From: an uncultured Chloroflexia bacterium
GTDB lineage: Bacteria; Chloroflexota; Limnocylindria; Limnocylindrales; CSP1-4
DNA length: 64,000 bases
NCBI GenBank assembly: GCA_963746845.1
Contig: CAVVCZ010000004.1
Span: 704,001 to 768,000 of the forward strand
Direction: 5' to 3'
In this document: piece after piece, positions 60,760 through 64,000 of the stretch
Layout: each line of letters begins with the position of its first letter
Numbering within the stretch: position 1 is the stretch's first letter
Notes under the pieces: generated by a model
The model's input: only the letters and a program-made list of their open reading frames with translations
What the model was told of the DNA's origin: nothing
Database searches by the model: none
Translations under genes and position numbers: made by a program

Positions 60760-61497
60760 ATGGCCAGCGCACCGATCATCCTGGTTCCCGGCTTCTGGCT
60801 CGGCGCGTGGGCCTGGGACGAGGTCGCCGCGACGCTCCGTGCGGCCGGCCACGACGTGACGGCGCTGACCCTGCCCGGGCTCGACTCCGTCGACGCGGAC
60901 CGGTCCGGGATCACCCTGTCGGACCATGTGGGCGCGATCGTGAGCGCGATCCGAGCCGCCGACGGACCGGTCGTCCTCGCCCTGCACAGTGCGACCGGGT
61001 TCTCCGGCTACGCCGCCAGCGACGCGGTCCCCGAGCGAATCGCTGCGATCGTCTACGTCGACACCGCGCCGGGCAAGGGTGCCCTCGACCCGGACTTCGC
61101 CGACACGGAGAAGCCGATGGTCTGGGAGGAGATCAAAGCGGACGAGAACCTCGATGGACTCAGTGAGGAGCAGCTCGAGACGTTTCGGCGGCGATCCGTC
61201 CCGGAGCCGGGCGGACTGATCCGGGAGGGAGCCGAGCTCACCAACGAGGCTCGACGCGACATCCCCAGCACGATCGTCGCCACCGCCTACACCGCGGAGG
61301 CGTACCAGCGCTACGCGACCGAGCACCCCGTGCCGGCATTCCTTGCAGGCATCCCCGAGCTGCGGGACATCACGTGGATCGATCTGCCGACGAGCCACTG
61401 GCCGATGTGGTCCCGACCGACGGAGCTCGCCGCGATCATCGGCGACGCCGCGACGGCGGCCGCATCCGCGGGCCCGACGCGATCGCTCGCTGGGTAG
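60760..61497 (+). CDS. Alpha/beta hydrolase
   Basis: VPGFWLGAWAW, LHSATG and PTSHWPM. Confidence 0.88.
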   Translation: MASAPIILVPGFWLGAWAWDEVAATLRAAGHDVTALTLPGLDSVDADRSGITLSDHVGAIVSAIRAADGPVVLALHSATGFSGYAASDAVPERIAAIVYVDTAPGKGALDPDFADTEKPMVWEEIKADENLDGLSEEQLETFRRRSVPEPGGLIREGAELTNEARRDIPSTIVATAYTAEAYQRYATEHPVPAFLAGIPELRDITWIDLPTSHWPMWSRPTELAAIIGDAATAAASAGPTRSLAG

Positions 61498-61628
61498 GAT
61501 CGACGTCCGACGGCCGTCGCCTGCGGAGGTTCGCGAGCCCGTCGACAATCGTCGCGTTTCAGTGCCCGCCTGAAGCGCCGCGGCATCGGTCGGAGTGACC
61601 AATGAATGCCCTGCGTCCGGCGGACGGC

Positions 61629-61817
61629 TCAGCCGTGACGCAGGATCGAGAGCGCGGCGACGAAGAGCCGGAGCCGGCGATGACCGCCGTGACTGCCCGC
61701 TTGCCGCGGTGCCTGGTCCGTGATGGTCTCTGCCGCCTCGGAGGGCGGCCGGCGAGCCTCTTGCCGAAGCTCGGCGAGGCGATCCTGGGCAATGGTCTCG
61801 AGTGCGAAGTGGTTCAT
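61629..61817 (-). CDS. Small hypothetical protein (62 aa)
   Basis: MNHFALETIAQDRLAELRQEA..., preceded by AAGGGG..GGAG. Confidence 0.5.
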   Translation of the reverse strand: MNHFALETIAQDRLAELRQEARRPPSEAAETITDQAPRQAGSHGGHRRLRLFVAALSILRHG

Positions 61818-61996
61818 CTCCGGACCCCTTGATGTCGCCCCCCGATCGGGGGGATTCGATGTCGAGACTGGGTCTCGGCATCGCGGCGCGCATCGGGCAG
61901 ACGCCGGAGGACGACCTCGGTCTACGCTCCGTTTGATGACGGGGCGACGTCGGACGAATCGCGGCCCATCGGTCATCTGACCGATGGGCACTCGCG

Positions 61997-62947
61997 CTAG
62001 GACGCCGCGGGCCCCTCGACCGGTCGCGGCCCACGTCGCGGCAGGGACCATGAGGCCGTCGGGCCGATCCCGAGGACCAGCACGAGGCTGACGAGGATCA
62101 GCCCGAACCCGACGATCAGCTCGAGCCCGACCGGCTCGGCCAGCACGAGGGCGGCCCATGCGAGGGCGAACGCCGGGACGATGAACGTCACCGTGCTCGC
62201 GGCCGTCGGGGTCGTTCGGCGCAGGACCCGGAAGAAGATCGGCCAGGCGACCGCCGTCGACAGGGTGCCGACCGCGACGAGCGAGATGACGCCGTCGACC
62301 GCCGGCATCCGCGGCGGCCCACTGATCAGCGCGACCGGCAGGGCCACCAGGGCGCCGGCGACGAGCATCCCGGTCGCCAGCTCCAGCGGCGGGACCGCGT
62401 TCATCCGGGCCCGGACGTAGTTGCCCGCGATCGCGTAGCTCGCCGGCGCGCCGAGCCCGGCCGCGACCGCGAGCAGCGTCGTCAGGTTCGGATCGAGCGG
62501 CGACCACCCGACGAGTACGACGACCGCGACCACGCCGACTACCAGACCTGCGACGACGCGCGACGACAGGCGATTGCCGAGGAAGGCAACGCCGATCGCG
62601 GCGGTGAACAGGGGCGTCGCGGCGTTCAGGAGCGCCGCGAACCCGGCAGGCAGCGTCAGCGTGGCGATCGCGATGAACGTGAAGGGCGCCGCCGAGAACA
62701 GGGCCCCGGTGATCAGGAACCCGACCAGGCGGCCGCGAGCCGCGGCCAGGGTCGCCCGACCCGCGACGAGAACGAGCAGGGCGGCGCCGATGGCGATCCG
62801 GATCTCCGCGGCCCAGACCGGTCCGACCTCCGGGGCCGCGATCCGCATGAACAGGAACACGGCACCCCACACGGCACCGAGGAACAGGAGCGAGCCGAGG
62901 TCGATGAACGAGAGCGAGCGCCCGGAGGCCGGTGTCGGGGAGGTCAT
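61997..62947 (-). CDS. DMT/EamA-family transporter
   Basis: About ten TM segments; LLNAATPLF and TVTFIVPAFAL.WA..VL.EP. Confidence 0.9.
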   Translation of the reverse strand: MTSPTPASGRSLSFIDLGSLLFLGAVWGAVFLFMRIAAPEVGPVWAAEIRIAIGAALLVLVAGRATLAAARGRLVGFLITGALFSAAPFTFIAIATLTLPAGFAALLNAATPLFTAAIGVAFLGNRLSSRVVAGLVVGVVAVVVLVGWSPLDPNLTTLLAVAAGLGAPASYAIAGNYVRARMNAVPPLELATGMLVAGALVALPVALISGPPRMPAVDGVISLVAVGTLSTAVAWPIFFRVLRRTTPTAASTVTFIVPAFALAWAALVLAEPVGLELIVGFGLILVSLVLVLGIGPTASWSLPRRGPRPVEGPAAS

Positions 62948-63035
62948 CCGGAGATGCTCGACCCTCGCCGCCGTCACACCCACGGACATCGGTCCCGGAC
63001 CGACATCGTCATCCGACGATGGCGCGCGGCGGGTG

Positions 63036-64000
63036 TCAGGCCACCAGGCGCTTGTACCGGATCCGGCGCGGCTGGTCCGCCGCGGTGCCGAGCTCCTTGT
63101 GGCGGAACGCCTCGTAGTCGCTGACGTTGCCCTCGAAGAAGCGGACCTGGCTGTCGCCCTCGAACGCGAGGATATGGGTCGCGATCCGGTCGAGGAACCA
63201 GCGGTCGTGGCTGATCACGACGACGCAGCCCGGGAAGGACTCGAGCCCCGCCTCGAGCGCCCGGAGCGTGTCGACGTCCAGGTCGTTCGTGGGCTCGTCA
63301 AGGAGCAGGACGTTGCCGCCCGTCTGGAGCAGCTTCGCGAGGTGGACGCGGTTGCGCTCACCACCGGACAGCGTCCCGACGAGCTTCTGCTGGTCGGTGC
63401 CGCGGAAGTTGAACGAGGAGACGTAGGCGCGCGCCGGGATCTCGCGGTTGCCGACCTTGATCGCCTCGACGTCGTCGGTGATCTCCTGGAAGACGCTCTT
63501 CTCGGCACGCAGCGCGTCGCGGCTCTGGTCGACGTAGCTGAGCTGGACGGTTTCCCCGATCTCGATCGCGCCGGCGTCCGGCGCCTCCTCGCCGACGAGC
63601 ATCCGGAAGAGGGTCGTCTTGCCGGCCCCATTCGGGCCGATGATCCCGACGATGCCCGAGCGGGGCAGCGAGAACGTCAGATCCTCGATCAACAGCCGGT
63701 CGCCGTAGCCCTTCCGGAGGTCCTTCACTTCGATGACCGCGTCGCCGAGCCGCGGCCCGGGCGGGATCGCGATCTCCAGCTCGCGAGCCGTCTCCTTCGC
63801 GTCGTTCGCCTCGGCGAGCAGCCGCTCGTAGGCCGTCAGCCGAGCCTTGCCCTTGGCCTGCCGCGCCTTCGCGCCCATCCGGACCCATTCGAGCTCGCGG
63901 GCGAGCGTGCGCTGGCGCGCGTCGCCCGCCTTCTGCTCGCGCGACATCCGCTCGAGCTTCTGCTCCAGCCAGCTCGAGTAGTTGCCCGAGAACGGGACGC
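63036..64000 (-). CDS. ettA: ABC-F translational throttle EttA (5' part outside window)
   Basis: PFSGNYSSWLEQK, ELEWVR..AKARQAK.KAR, GPNGAGKTT, LSGGERNRVHLAK and RRIRYKRL. Confidence 0.95.
   Translation of the reverse strand, partial: VPFSGNYSSWLEQKLERMSREQKAGDARQRTLARELEWVRMGAKARQAKGKARLTAYERLLAEANDAKETARELEIAIPPGPRLGDAVIEVKDLRKGYGDRLLIEDLTFSLPRSGIVGIIGPNGAGKTTLFRMLVGEEAPDAGAIEIGETVQLSYVDQSRDALRAEKSVFQEITDDVEAIKVGNREIPARAYVSSFNFRGTDQQKLVGTLSGGERNRVHLAKLLQTGGNVLLLDEPTNDLDVDTLRALEAGLESFPGCVVVISHDRWFLDRIATHILAFEGDSQVRFFEGNVSDYEAFRHKELGTAADQPRRIRYKRLVA

Overview
High-GC bacterial chromosomal window. Gene content and style suggest Chloroflexota, possibly Limnocylindria-like; this is inference only. 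Bases 1-11.8 kb hold a core cluster on the + strand (recA-recX, rny, ymdB, PHP phosphatase, miaB, miaA, hflX). About 50 kb of accessory genes follow (oxidoreductases, hydrolases, an ECF41 sigma factor, two class III nucleotide cyclases, a TetM/OtrA-like GTPase, a two-component system with an ABC exporter, ArsR/SRPBCC modules), ending in a partial ettA. Main observations: (1) a translationally coupled two-gene unit of a DUF2075/Schlafen-group-3 nuclease-helicase and a non-retron, non-intron UG/Abi-like reverse transcriptase (16678-20129, minus strand), whose RT stop codon overlaps a dif-like XerC/D site and which is a candidate new antiphage system; (2) two paralogous ~84-nt structured non-coding RNAs (11981-12064 and 12808-12890) with structure-preserving substitutions, each behind a near-identically spaced sigmaA promoter and DnaA-box-like array; (3) a c-di-GMP-I riboswitch in front of an unannotated 31-aa hydrophobic peptide; (4) an antitoxin-PIN deletion fusion; (5) a duplicated ECF41 promoter motif. 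Many genes carry single-base frameshifts, most likely long-read assembly errors.
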